The position numbers were made by a program, and so were the translations under genes. From contig NC_134028.1 of assembly GCF_964204645.1 (NCBI RefSeq), forward strand, positions 5,270,001 through 5,334,000: a stretch of DNA of 64,000 bases, in the 5' to 3' direction. This stretch comes from Tubulanus polymorphus. Taxonomy: Eukaryota; Animalia; Nemertea. Below, in pieces: positions 28,918 to 42,285 of the stretch; the first letter of the stretch is position 1; each line of letters starts with the position of its first letter. Under the pieces are notes generated by a model. That model did no database searches and was not told where the DNA came from. It saw only the letters and a list, made by a program, of their open reading frames with translations.

Positions 28918-31900
28918 CGGTTAACACCAATTCATTAGCAGGGTCTAAATCCGTAAGAAGAGCTAATGATCAAAGAGTGAAATCAGCGAGACTTGGGTCC
29001 AAGTTTATGGCAAACATGATGATTGTTACTAACGTAAAACTTAAATAAATGAAATACGCGATCAATATCAGGGATAAAGAAAAACTACTTTCCCCTAATG
29101 AAAAAAACCAATATGTTAACCTAAAAACCTATTAGATTGGGCACAGCCCCTGTTAAAACTCCTCTCAGGAATAATTGTCTGAAGCATCTCTCTGTACTGT
29201 GTACGACGACGTGTAAGAAATGAGGCTATAGACACCTGATCCTCTCATACTGATTATACACACAAACAATACAACGATCATTAACGACGCATCGAGGGAT
29301 TTATAAAAATGACGTTAAAAAAATGACGGTCTAAGATCTCGCATGCTATACCTGTTGATGTGTGTTTGATACGTACAAGAAAATGTTTACTGACGCCTTG
29401 AAAAATAACATATTATTTTTGGCCGAGGCCGAGGCCAAATTTGCAAAATTGAGGCTCCATTGGGGCCTGTGCCTATTTGGCCTCACCAAAAAAAGTCAAA
29501 CCAGGCCTGAATCTGAGATGCTAATATTGATGACATAGTGCACATCGATGACCCCTTCGATAGTATAGTAAAATGTTTTAAAGCATTTTTGTAATGGTTT
29601 TTAAGGTGTAAGAAAAAAAGAAGAATTCTCTATACAGCCGAAGCAAGGGTCAGCAAACATCCACTCAAAACAGCAACTCTGTTTCTTAAAGACCAGGGAG
29701 GGTGTATAGTTTTTTAAAAAGCGCATAAAATGACTCAGTAATCTAACGGAGAACTGCGCAATGAATGATCTAATCTAACCATCCCATCTTCATATTAACT
29801 CACAATTAACTCGTAATAGCGCTAGTGAATTTACCAATGACAGATAATCTATAGCGCAGATACTGATCTATAGGTCTCCGGTAATTGCTCGCCTTTTTTC
29901 CGCTCGCCGTCCACTACAAACAGATGGGACGATTGATTTATCTATCAAATACAGTCAACATGTTCTCTGATCAACCCGTACTCAACTCGGCCGGCTGTAC
30001 GACGACCGACGTATCGCGCACCATTCGCATTGCAAGCAATGCTTCCTTCTTAAAAGTAAAAGCAAACACGCAATTTCTGATGAAGCCACGGACAACTGTT
30101 GACTACTGACTCTGATTAAATGACCAATTATTCAGAAGTTTGTCATTAGATCTTCAATATTCGATGACCAGATCATAGAATTTCAAACGCCCATCATGGA
30201 GAATACCACGAAAATGCATGTTTTTCTTGGAGGAAAAAACGCACCTTCTTCGACATAAAGACGTCAACCCTCAAGTCCGCACGACACAGGGAAACACATA
30301 AACATAAACACAGAGTCAAACTCGTTTGATCGCGGAAACATTGTTTCCTGACACCATATTTTCCATTTCTGATGAAATAGGGAAACGCTTACATACATGT
30401 TTCCGTCTCCTATTTCTGTGTTTCCCTGTGCTGTGTGCGTAGGGCTTCAGAAACCAGTTGCCTTGTTTATCATACGACCAAAGATACCCAAAGTCTATCT
30501 GTATCTTAGATTTCAACTATCGAACTGGGCGCTTTTTATGTATTTGTCTGAGGACAGTTGATTGTTCCAGATAAACGATGGATGAGCATGAAAAAACGTC
30601 ACAAATACCGACTTCAATTCTGACGACGAAGGCACGGAAACAAAATCGCATACGTTTTCTTTTTTTGCGTATCAGATCCGGGGATGGAATGATTATCAAA
30701 TTTGATCACAAATCACAATACAATCAACGAGTTGTCACAACGCGACGACATTCATAGCTCACACGAGTACGAGAGCTGAGCGACGAGGAGGCAACGTTCA
30801 TTCACGACATCCATAAAACTGAATGGATGGCAGCGGTCGAGCTTCGTGTGTGTGTGAGGACAGTATGTGTCGGTGTGTACACTCAGTGGTCACAGTAATC
30901 TACCCTCGTTCCTCTCTGATCATTACTACTCGTGTGTCTGATCGGTTTACTGAAAAATACCATCAAATAACAAACCGTATTACGACCAACGCCGCGTACC
31001 GACGACGCGATCATCACCATCACAGGACAGGAGAGATCGTCCATCGCTAGCCTGATCCGTTGGAAAAATCCTGGAAAAAACCTTATACATACATCAACGC
31101 GATATCTAAATAGAAAAAATCAAAACCTCAATGTTAGAAACACACCCATACACCAATCAATGCCGTAATTGAATTCGTAAAAACCGCAAGAATAACATTT
31201 TTCACATATTTATAACTACCATGAAAAATACATATGTATTTTTGCTACTATGCATTATTGAAGGGGTTCTGTACGAGTCAATGTGCACTATGTCATCAAT
31301 ATCGGCGTTAGAAAATAACAATTACAATTGCGTATATTGGCATTTATTTTTTAATCATTTAACCTAAATATTACATCATTCATATCATATAATTCATTTT
31401 CGAAGATATTACGCAATGTATGCGTTATTTTCCAAGGCTCCAATAAACCTTCCAGTTAGTTTTCACGTTAACCTTATCTGGATATAATTGGGAGGACACT
31501 CCCCCCGTGACATTTTAAAATCGCCTACTAGGGCAAACTATATTACAAAAGCTGGAGAGCTGGTGGATAATTTTCACCGGAGAAATGAAATATAATCAAA
31601 GCAGAGGCTTCTTTGCTATCAGTTAATAGACTGGTTGCCGGTCGAATTGTGCGCTACTACCGGCAACCAGTCTATCTATGACTCAAATGCTACGTTAAAT
31701 GTGTGTCCTCCAAAACCAAATGGCTCCACTCTGCAACAACTCACATGAATTGATTTTGGGGGTTTTATCGCGTACTATGATGTCATCAATTCGTATGCAA
31801 GTTCAAGGTCACGCGGAGATTAGCAGTCGAAATAATCACCGATTAAAGCCACTATTCAAAATACTATCAATATCTGTAGACGTCGCGCGATACAAGTCGA

Positions 31901-33296
31901 CAAATATTTGCCTTCTCTTAAACATCACTATATCAATCAACTGCAGCCATCAGCATCTGTCTCGTGTTGCATCCGCGAGTATTAATCGATCGCTGATGAT
32001 CGTTGCCGGATCGCGGCCGAATTTGATTTTCGAAGTTCAACTGGTAAAATGATAATAACGACGACGATGACGAATCGTAATTCGACGTTCGGCTTGAAAA
32101 CCGTCGCTCGGCAAAAACTAAATTACTTAATACCCGAACCTTAACCCGATCGACTGAGGCTCGATAATTCGTAATTCGGAAACGATGGGCGGAAATACGA
32201 TTAAAACACCATCAATTCGATTAAACGTCGTTAGTTCGTCGAGATTTACGTCGAGGACAATTTTGAATTGTCAAAAATTAACGATAACCGATTCGAAAGG
32301 GGTGAAATTAAGACGGCGCGGGTCACCTCGAAAAATCCCGAAAAACAAATTAAACGATCGATTAGGTCTGGCATCATGAAAACGTAATTCTCGATGTCTT
32401 GTCTTCGATCAAGTGCAAGAATTTAAATTAAGCCCTTGTAACCAGCTTTAGTATCGGAACTGGGCCCAGGATCCAGTTCAATCGCAGTTTTTTCATATAT
32501 AAATATATATAGCTTTACTTCAAGGAAAATGACTTATTTTGCTAATGTCAAAATCGACATTAATAGCAAATTTAAACTTCAATGTTTAGCGTAAACGATG
32601 CATTAACGAGCTGTATTAACGCAACTGAGCAAAAAAGAGATGAACATTTTCCGGAAATTGGTTATGTAGGTCCCAATACTTGAAAATTTAAGCAAAATCT
32701 TCGCAGATGATATTCTAAAATCGATCGTCGCTGAACAGATCGCAGTGGATCGGAGAATCTGTTTATGTCACACAGAATTAAAACACTTTTGACGTTCATA
32801 AAATTGTCAACGAATATCGAGTTGCATCTGCCGACTTCCCAAACGGAGAAACCAGCCACGCCGTAGACACAATAGCTCTTAACGCGTTATACCGGTTTCG
32901 TTGGTCCTTGACTCAGTTCAAAACGCAAACCAGACTTGAATATCAATCAGTATTTTGAATTAATTTTTGAAAGTTTTGACACGGTATTGTCGAGTGCCAA
33001 GTGGTTTTATGCATAGCCGAACATTGAAACTTGTGTTGAATTTTTTATGATTTGATTATACAGGATGGTGTGTAAAGTGTCACCTTTTGGTTGAGTACCA
33101 GCGGATTGAACTGAGGCAACCACAACTAGAGAAATATTCTTAATTATGATTTCTGAAGACAAGAACATATACCATCCAATGGACAATAAATGGTGCTTGA
33201 ATTGAATGTCATAAGCTTTGTAGAAAAGGAATATACCCTGAACTGGATCAGTGAAATCTTTTAAGTGGTATTAGAAAACAAATTAAGTTTTTAAAG

Positions 33297-33494
33297 ATCC
33301 CACAATAAATAATAATGATAATACAAAATTTGAATATATTTCACCGCAACAATTCGCCTATATTCTAATAGCCCACATCAGGCATACTAGAGTATGCCAT
33401 CACACATACTGCAAACATACAGCATAGGCATACTCCAATATGCCTTGTGATGGCTATTAGAATATAGCCAAAATGTTGCAGTTGAATACGCTCA
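33297..33494. repeat. Degenerate inverted repeat related to the 61.9-kb element, with decayed hammerhead cores
   Basis: Arms ~33331-33399 and ~33426-33494; shares atcccacaataa, caggcatact and tggcta...tagcc with the 61.9-kb palindrome. Confidence 0.65.
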
Positions 33495-35584
33495 TATCGA
33501 ACAGAACATTTCATTTTTTCTATCGCGGGAATTCTTATGCGTTCGTTCGTCTTACAACATCATTGTGTACCACCCGGCCTAACGAACAAGCTCTATCAAT
33601 GCTATCCTACACTGAATGACCATCGCATTCCGGTATCTGTCACTCCATCCCCTTCGTAGCACACGTACGTTTCATCGAGTTTCGATTCAAATGATTGCTA
33701 ACAAAAACTCGCCAGTCTGAAGCACAAACAGTACGTCGAAGGTACACACGCCCCGTGACCGGTGAATCTACGGAGAACGACGCTACTCAAAACCTAAACA
33801 CACGTACGCCCGCACGAGGATGCCCGCACGCGGCCCCGCGATGGCAGCGACATTCGAACAATAGCCCTCTTAAAAAAAAACCCGCGCATGAAATAATCTA
33901 CATCAACAGAATGGAATTACTAATTCGAGTACCGACCATCGAAACTCGTTGAAACAAATAATTTCCAATTTGTTTTCGGGGCGCGATATTAGCTCGTTTT
34001 AACGAATTATGGCACTCGATGAGGCTGATTATTATTCAGCAGCACGTAGTTGTAGTAGTAGTAGTCTGTCACAGTCGCGCTGCTACTTCAGTTTAGCGTC
34101 GTTTTAAGTGGTTTATTCCGTAAAAATGAATATTGTCCGTGAAACACTCATCGGTCAAGTGTTGTCTCGTATGCAAAGTCAAACCTCTACGGAGAGCGGT
34201 GAGAGTAGAGATAGGGGTGAGAGTAAGGAGAGATGTTCGACATAATATTCATTGTTTAAATCCCGAGCGCAAAACCGACACTTCGTCGAGTTGGGATAGT
34301 TCATTTTCTCTGTAACACATTTTGGATACGGCATAATTCTATCTTCAAGAACCGTTAATCTTGGAATACCAATTATTCGTTTGTAAGTACATGAACTTTT
34401 TTGAACATTTTACCAACGGACTATCTCGCTTTGATAGAAACGAAAACTGTTTCGATAACAGGCATTTGAAACTTGAACTAAAGCCATCGTTACAAGAGTA
34501 AATCTATAACTATTTTGCTTCGATCAGTTAAGTTTTCACGTCAGTATGTTCTAATACATGCCACCCTCAATTTCTTTTAATAAAGAGTAAAGCTTTTGTT
34601 CTCTGGGTGAGAATAGCTTTTTGAATGACCACAAAGTAAGAATGATGTATGCGAATTCCTATCTTAAATCATGAGGAGGTTGTTATTCAGGGACTTATCA
34701 ACTTTGATTCCAAGAATTCAACCTGAATTGGACGACATCTTGAGAACGATTCATGTTTCATCGTTGAAGCGTTTTGTTTCAGAGAATCAGTTGTACGTTC
34801 ATCAAAATTCTCAATCGAAGTCAGACCTTGAAATAATGGTTTGTTTAACTTCGGCAAACATTTTCCCTTCAAACGACGGAAAAATGTTTTGACAAATGAA
34901 CGAAATCGAGTGGAAGTAAAACCAAAAATCGAGTAAACAGCAGTAAATAACTATTTATTCAAGTTGATAAGTGACTATTTCTAGTCTTTCTAACGAATAG
35001 TGTTCGGGTCAATGAACTTTTTGTAATTTGCAATCGGAATTGGGATTAGCCAATATAAACTAAATAAACTACTAATAAAAATCTAGATTTCAAGGACATC
35101 GACGCTGAAGATTTGATGGATGATCTCGGACGCTGCCGACACGCGAAAAAATAAACTACCGTAAATGGAAAACTGATGAAAGGTTATGAAGAAGATAGAT
35201 GAGAATTGACAGTTTAATAATCTGACCGCTCTAATGAATGGTTTATAGACAGGAAATGACTACATTCAACGCCCGGGCGACGTTACAGGAAATTTCAATC
35301 AGGAATCTTTCCGTGCCGAACCCCGGCGACACGACCCTGTTGATCGAGTGTCCCTCGGCGTATTTATCGATTCGGATTCCACGCGTTCACGGCGACAGAA
35401 TGGAAACCATTAAACGGTGATTATGAGGCGTTGTCAACGCCATCAACAGGTTCATTTTTTCCGAAGACTTCACCTTTTCCAGTCTTCAATTATTGACCAT
35501 AAGACTTTAAATAGCTGTTCTCGCTATCAGTACTATTTGGTGATAACAACTTGGTCTAGACACATTGATGATTCGACTCTTGGA

Positions 35585-35858
35585 CTGTGCCCAGTTATAG
35601 AATGCATTCACACGTAAATCACTCACTTGTTACTAAAATGCTACCAAAAATGAAGCTGTGGCAAGCGAGGTGAGTCACTTCCAGAACCGATGAGCATTTA
35701 AAGGGAATAAGTTGACCCATTCCGATAATTTTTGTTGGGCCACCAAATTTAGCCCATGTCAATCGGGCACGGCCTCGTTTGGCACCCGTGTGAACAGTAG
35801 GCCTAGGTACGGGGTAAATTTGGCCCAGGTCGAAAAGACTACCACGATCGCGGCTTAA
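35585..35858 (+). mobile_element. MITE family A copy (5' truncated)
   Basis: Core plus terminus cgatcgcggcttaa. Confidence 0.65.
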
Positions 35859-36253
35859 GGGAAATATCTAGCGTTGGATGTTAGTGAGAGTTGTTTTCAT
35901 CTGACCTGTTTTGTCATCTCAATTCTTTGATCTTCAAAATCTTCAAATTCTGTCTTTAAGTTTGTACGTACCCGGCTTTTAAGGTGCACCACCTGCTACT
36001 GCGGTGTCGGTGATCGCAGCACAACTCGGTAAGCGCGAAGATAACCTTTTCCAATGTAAAGAAGAGAATTCTTTGGTCGAGTCGCGCGCTGAAAAAGTCT
36101 CATTAAATCGGTAATAACAGAACAAACGATTACACACAGATCCGACTGATATCTGTAACATTTTGATCTGTAAAAGACACAAGAAAGTTAACTCGCCGCG
36201 GGGGAAATCCGCTAGCGACTTAAAAGGAAATTAATTTTCTCTTTTTGTCGCAG

Positions 36254-36359
36254 CGGTCTACCGTGCACACGCGGGCTCGCTGAAATCTTTCATCCGTTTT
36301 AACGAACAACATGTTGCTAACCAGAACCGCCGGGATTCGAACGGATCGTTGAATCGTCG
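36254..36359 (+). other. Candidate 106-nt internal non-coding exon
   Basis: ttttctctttttgtcgcag| acceptor and tcg|gtaagg donor; contains a 13-codon mini-ORF (ATG at 36311). Confidence 0.35.
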
Positions 36360-37047
36360 GTAAGGATTTCAATTAGTTTCCTACGAAATCCGAGATTCAA
36401 CTTTTTGTAATCTCGAACTGAAGTCATGAATAGCTAATATAGACGAACACGATCATTTCGACGAATCGGCGTCATGAAATTTCTGGGCGCATTTTTCGTT
36501 AATAATTTCCGAAGTTTCCTGATCGCTAAACGCCGATGACTCACGACGCTTCGCGTTCAACAATTGTCTGTCTTTATTATCCATCGTCGTCGAATCCCGG
36601 ATCCGTCTTAATTTCCTCGATGCTCGAGTTTACGGCTTTCAAAGAACGAGAACGCTCGTGCACGCGCGCGCGGGGTTTAATGCCCGCTTAATCACCGCGG
36701 ATTTTTGAAAACAAACGAACCGCGTTGTTTTTAATTACGAAATGATTTTTGATGATGAATTCGATTCCCGGTACCAAAAGGACCGCCAAGCGCGATTAGC
36801 GACGACGACAACTTCTAAAAAAGTTAAACTATATCCGCGACGAAAAACAACTGAAGATGTTAAAAGTGATTAATGGAAAACCATGGGGAAATTCGCTAAT
36901 GACGGATGGAGCCTGTTCCAAAGTTGTCGGTGACATTTCATCGCAAGTCAGAGTTGATTATTTCAAAATAAATGAATCATCTCAACTATGGAAATGGGTC
37001 CAAATCAAATAGACCTTCGTTCTAGGAAACTAACATATCATCACGCT

Positions 37048-37421
37048 ATAGCCACGATCGCACAAGGGTTTTTGGCCCCGGTCAATTTTGTCAAGATTAG
37101 ATCCAGGCTGACCATTCACACAGGTGCCAAATGGGCCAGTGCCTGCTAGACCCCGGCTAATTTGGCTCAAACAAAAATGTTAGACCAGGCCCGAGCTAAA
37201 TTTCGGGATGGATTAAACTATTGATATGAATGCTAACTGGTTCCGCCAGTGAATCAGTTGGCTCCGTCCTTGGAGTAATCATTTGTGACAAATGATTACT
37301 CCAAGCCTTGTCACAGCATTGTTTAGCGAGTAGCTTAAGTGTAAACGCACTAGTTAGGCATGGACCAAGTTTGACTCGGCTCGGATCCGGGCAAGTTTAA
37401 CCTAGACTAAATCGTGGCTAT
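37048..37421 (-). mobile_element. MITE family A copy with nested micro-palindrome
   Basis: atagccacgatcgcac ... atcgtggctat. Confidence 0.7.
37269..37305. mobile_element. 37-bp palindromic micro-insertion, same family, nested in a MITE
   Basis: CTTGGAGTAATCATTTGTGACAAATGATTACTCCAAG; flanks ctccgtc/ccttgtc (degenerate TSD). Confidence 0.7.
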
Positions 37422-38234
37422 TACCACGCTAAAATAGCCTCGAACTTGAATGGATACGGTTATAAGCAAGGGTTTATCACCCCCACTCCGGCAACAGTTT
37501 ACCGTTAGTCATACCGCCGATTCTAACCGCTAAACTCTCCGGAGATAATACTCCGAGAACGGCGGCGGAGAACGACGGGGAGAGCTGGCGGGATGATGAA
37601 GTTCGAGAAGATTTCCATAATAACTGAGCAACATTAGATTAGGTGGCGATTGATTTTTGATAATGTGACTAACTCAGTCGCACTTCCGGCATTGTTTTAT
37701 CAATGTTACACGATCCTCTCATTAGTGTTTCGCCACTACAGGTGTCGCACAAGGGGAAATACCATCGGCTCCCGATGACGACGACGACGCCCGGGTTACG
37801 GATAATGACTCACCAATAAAACACAGCCCCGCTTTACTAATTGCTATTTCCTGTCCGTTTAAATGATACATGCTTAACCGCGATCCTCCGATCCTCGATA
37901 CAACTGAAATAAAAACTTAACGAGCCAGCGAGCGTATCGGAAATTTTTGCGATTCATAACGGCTTCATTTAGAATGAATTACGATAGTAGCCAGACATGT
38001 CGATCTCACGACCAAATACCCGGGTTTCTTGCATTGTAAATCAACTAATTAACCCACACGACTGGCTTTCATCTGAAAATGAAATGATCTGACTCTTAAA
38101 TGTGTGGAACTGGGGCCTGGGTTTGGGTGTAAAGTAAAGATTTATAACAATAATTGTACTTAAGTCTTATGCCCTAAGATCATTGACACAAAAAGCTCAG
38201 CCACACTTCTTGAGCCATATTCATACTACGTTAC

Positions 38235-38495
38235 TTAGAAATCTTCTAAATTTAGTCCGTTCCAATTTTGAATGCACCAAGCATTCTCATAAGCAACAAG
38301 CTTGTTCTTAATTGGTCGATTCCATTTTAGAATGGTCTGTCTGTTCCATTCCAGAATGGGCCAATTTAGACTGACTTGATGGACCAATGATAACTGTTTC
38401 TTTTAAAATGTGCGTGAACATACCAAATTCATTTGGTCTGTTCTAAATTGGTGCGTTCTAGGTACAGACCTGATTAGAACAACATACTAGTGATT
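38235..38495 (-). mobile_element. MITE family B degenerate copy
   Basis: Repeated ggtccgttccaa/ttctaaatt motifs in reverse orientation, ending actagtgat. Confidence 0.45.
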
Positions 38496-39034
38496 CGAGG
38501 TGATCACTACGAGTTGTAAGATCAGTCGTAGATCCAGCATGGTCTAATAGTGCTTGATAGTTGACAAATCTCTTCATTCTAGTGCAGTTCATTCATTATC
38601 TACATTCAGCCTGATGTAATTAACAAGTGACAGAAGAGTTCATACAGATTATGAACCATAGATCAGTCGGTATCAGTAGCTCTGCTCCGAGGATGGACAG
38701 GGATAGAGTAAGCGGCAGGATAAGATATTAAGATTCATTAACTTCGTCGAACTCAGTGTAAATAACCTCCGTCAATCTATAACACCAGATTGAATGTGAT
38801 TATTATCGAACATAATTTGATATTGATGGAAATTAATCATAAGTTCATCGCGTAGACTACTAGGTCGGGATGCGATCTCAATTGACAAAATACATTCATT
38901 TCATAGTTCAACATTCCCCACCTCAATTTATCGTAAGCAGAATCTGATGATTATTGAATTAACAAATAATTTCTGATAACTCGCGATGCCCAATTTGGTC
39001 CCGTATTCCGAAAGTGCAATCAAACTAATGAAAA

Positions 39035-39296
39035 TAGCCGCGATCGAATAAGTGCTTTCATGCCTGTTTGGCCCAGCCAAAACCATCGAACCAGCCGTGT
39101 GCCAAAATTTAGCGATGATCAAATAATTGCACGCGAATTGCAACTGGTTCCAAAAGTAACTCACTTCACTTAGCTGTAGCATTGTTTTAATATCGAGTGA
39201 GCAGTTTGTTTGTGAACGCATCTCTAATCAGGCATGGGCCAAATTTGACTTGGTACCAATTTAACCTGGACCAATTCATCTCCGTGTGATCGCGAT
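39035..39296 (-). mobile_element. MITE family A copy
   Basis: tagccgcgatcg ... gtgtgatcgcga. Confidence 0.7.
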
Positions 39297-39890
39297 GCCA
39301 TCAGGTTCAAATAGAACATTGCTACCAGAAGTCCGATTCTATTCACCGGTGAAAGTAACATGTCGAATTGGTTAAGACTATTATTCGTACGTCGCGTAGT
39401 AATTCAAAATTATCATCTACGTATTAACTCTGGCAGCTTCGTAATTTCCCATAAAACACGGTTAATTTGTCGGTTACAAAGTGTCGAACGAACGCAACCA
39501 GTTGATTCGCGCGCGGCGTGCTCGCTCGAACGGAAAACCGGCGACTAATGAAAAAATGAATACCACGCTTCACCGGACGCCGACCGATTAACGGCTTATT
39601 ACCGCTAACCCTTAAACACATGCGACGACCGCCGAGAGAACTGCTCCGTACGAGTTCTAACGCTATTGTCTCGCATCGATTATACCTCGTGAAATATTGC
39701 TTATGATGTGTTGTTAGTCGACGTACCGACGATTTAAAACGGAACCGTAGTGAAATCAAGCGTGGGGCGGTACGACGGGCAGTAGAGGGCGCCACGGTTT
39801 AAACGTTCGATCAAGATGTACCGAATGCACCTCATAATTCTTTGGGCAAGGCTGCGAAAATCGTATTCATGTACATTATTACTAGTGTAC

Positions 39891-40167
39891 CAGGGCTGGA
39901 TCCCAGATTTTCAAAAAAGGGTTATGCTCTGCTGGTCATTCAGCTGAGCTGAACTTACCACGCCAAACTATGAGCATGAAACCACGTACAGAGGGGAAGG
40001 GGTGCTCCAGGGGGTCATCCCCAGAAAAGTTTGAACAATAAACAGTCTGGCGTTCATGCATTTTGGACATTGCTATTGATATTCCGCCCCATCACTGCCC
40101 TGGAATTACATAAAGGGAAGGCAGGGGGAGCTCAGCACCTAAAACATGGCCTATAGATCGGCGCCTG
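39891..40167. mobile_element. Unclassified MITE with cagg.c.gatc termini (relatives at ~14991-15245 and ~46766-47053)
   Basis: tgtac-CAGGGCTGGATC ... GATCGGCGCCTG-tgtac; G-rich/C-rich subterminal boxes. Confidence 0.5.
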
Positions 40168-40655
40168 TGTACAGTAAACAATGTCCGGATCAGACAGAAG
40201 TCCGGATATAACTGGGCGAGATTCACTGAAATCAGATATAAATCAGACTACACAGTCATTCATACCTTAGAATAGTAAGTGACTTACTACAGTACAAATG
40301 ACCGTCGTTGTGTGAAGATGCAAATATCTGGGGTAAAACTGAAACTTTACCCGCGGACTCACGACAATGCTTTATCGCCGCAACGGGCTGTGATAAGATT
40401 GCGTCGACCCGAGCGTTGATATTGATAGGTCAAGACAAGACTACTCGAGGTTTGACATCGAGTGGACTACATGATAAATAACACTTCTTATCCGGCGGTC
40501 CTTCAATGACTGCCGTACATGACTCAACCGTATGCGATACTTTTTAACCCTGTCAAAGGTGTAAAATAATCCGTCACACTTTATCATTGAAGCCGATTTT
40601 CAGGACTGCCAATAAAGATTCAACCCGTATAATCAAAACTGTGGACAGTTATTAA

Positions 40656-41084
40656 CCCTTTCAGTGCATCTACACCGCTGTACGGTGTATGAATTGACGG
40701 GCTTAGCCAGTACACCCCACTGTACTGCATTGATGATATCAGTAATTTGTTGTCTTCTACTTTGAAAGATGGCAGCACCTGTCAAACATAGTGAAATATT
40801 AGTAACTAACAACACACCGCACCGTGGTGTAGATGCATTACAGCATTATGATGTTATCAGTAATTAGTTGTCATCTACTTATCAGTAATCAGTAATCAGT
40901 TGTCATCTACTTTGAAAGATGACAGCACCTGTCAAACAGTGAAATATTAGTAACTAACAACACACCGCACCGTGGTGTACATGCATTACAGCATTATGTC
41001 TGTAAAACACACTGGGGTAGAATTTCTAAAATTTTCAAATTATCACCAGCACTTTAGGGTATCAATTAGTCAGCACTTAAAGGG
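40656..41084. mobile_element. piggyBac-like MITE with TTAA TSD and internal tandem duplication
   Basis: TTAA-CCCTTTCAGTGC ... GCACTTAAAGGG-TTAA; internal block of ~120 bp repeated (about 40730-40850 and 40890-41000). Confidence 0.75.
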
Positions 41085-42227
41085 TTAAAGGTTCATTCCT
41101 TTGAATCAGTCATAGGTAAGTTCCTGAAACATTACCCTCACAATTTTAAGATTCAAGCAAACCTCTCAGCCAAAGAATTATGTACAACTGTTAGGAAAAT
41201 CGTAAAACGAATATTTCGATCTTCGGGGAAAAGCTGAATTAGTGATGACGAATGGAATCGATCGCGAAAATTCATCGGTCATCAACAGGTCTGCGATTTG
41301 ATAAAACCGGCGACGATTTCATCGAAAAACTCGCCTGAAGCACGAGAAAGTCTCAAGGTGCACGCGTCGTCGGAGTTATCAAGTTGATACCTATCGATCG
41401 ACGGATTCCGTAAGACGCTGCAGAAAACCCGGCGCGTATTATAAGAAACTCGCGGGAATATGGAATCAGTTTCAAATCTTTATTAGATACAAATGAGCCG
41501 GTATAATGAACCGAGGGGATTTTTATGACGAATTCAGCCCCGCGCGAGGTATCAAAAGCTAACGTCAATATCCGATGCTGCCGATAGATTTAAACCGATC
41601 AAAGACCGGTGCGTATGTGTGAGTCAACACGTGCCTTTTGTCGCCGCCGATGACTCACGAGTCCGACCGCGAAGCGCGCGCTCTCTCACGCTCTTTCATC
41701 GCATTGTCCAGTTCGTCGGGAATTAACGCGACAGTAATTAGTACGGGGCCCTAGCTGAAAAACGCGAAAAGATTATCCGCTGAATGTGTACGCAGAAAAA
41801 AATTGAGATATTATCTGGAAACGTTGGATCAGATTAAAGGATTTGGCGATATAAAAGAAGCTCGGCTAATTACGATGGAAAAGATGTACACAGTTTTATA
41901 GTTGAGAAGCTGAATACCTTTCAAACGCTTCAAAGCCGTGAAGACAAGTTACAAAACTTGCGACAAAACCGTAGCACTTTGTGCGCTGCACCATTCACAG
42001 GTAAAGAGCTATATCGAGCTTACGGAGAAGTGAACTTTAAAACGCCAAACTTAAACGAACGAAAGGAACGGCTCTTTTTTCGTGCCAAATTCGAAGAAAA
42101 TGGTAACCTCGCAAAGCCTTAAACGAGGAAAATTCCACGTAAAAGTCAGCGAAAACTAAAATGGTTCGAACCGGTCGGCGATGGATGAAGAAGTCTACTA
42201 ACTGTCTAGTCTACGTAGGCGCCTTAC

Positions 42228-42285
42228 CTTTTAGAACGTTTTCAGTGCCATTGATGTTCACATCTTCAATTAGTTTGCTATTCAG
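42228..42285 (-). CDS. SDR42E1: SDR42E1-like coding exon 3
   Basis: ctttcgtttcag|CTG...AAAG|gtaagg; 58 nt; LNSKLIEDVNINGTENVLK continues exon 2 in frame, as expected for the family. Not in the ORF track. Confidence 0.9.

Noticed and set aside
40374-40395. miR-2-like seed TATCACAGCCCG on the minus strand
   Set aside because: No convincing 5' arm and no clustered miR-71/miR-2 copies
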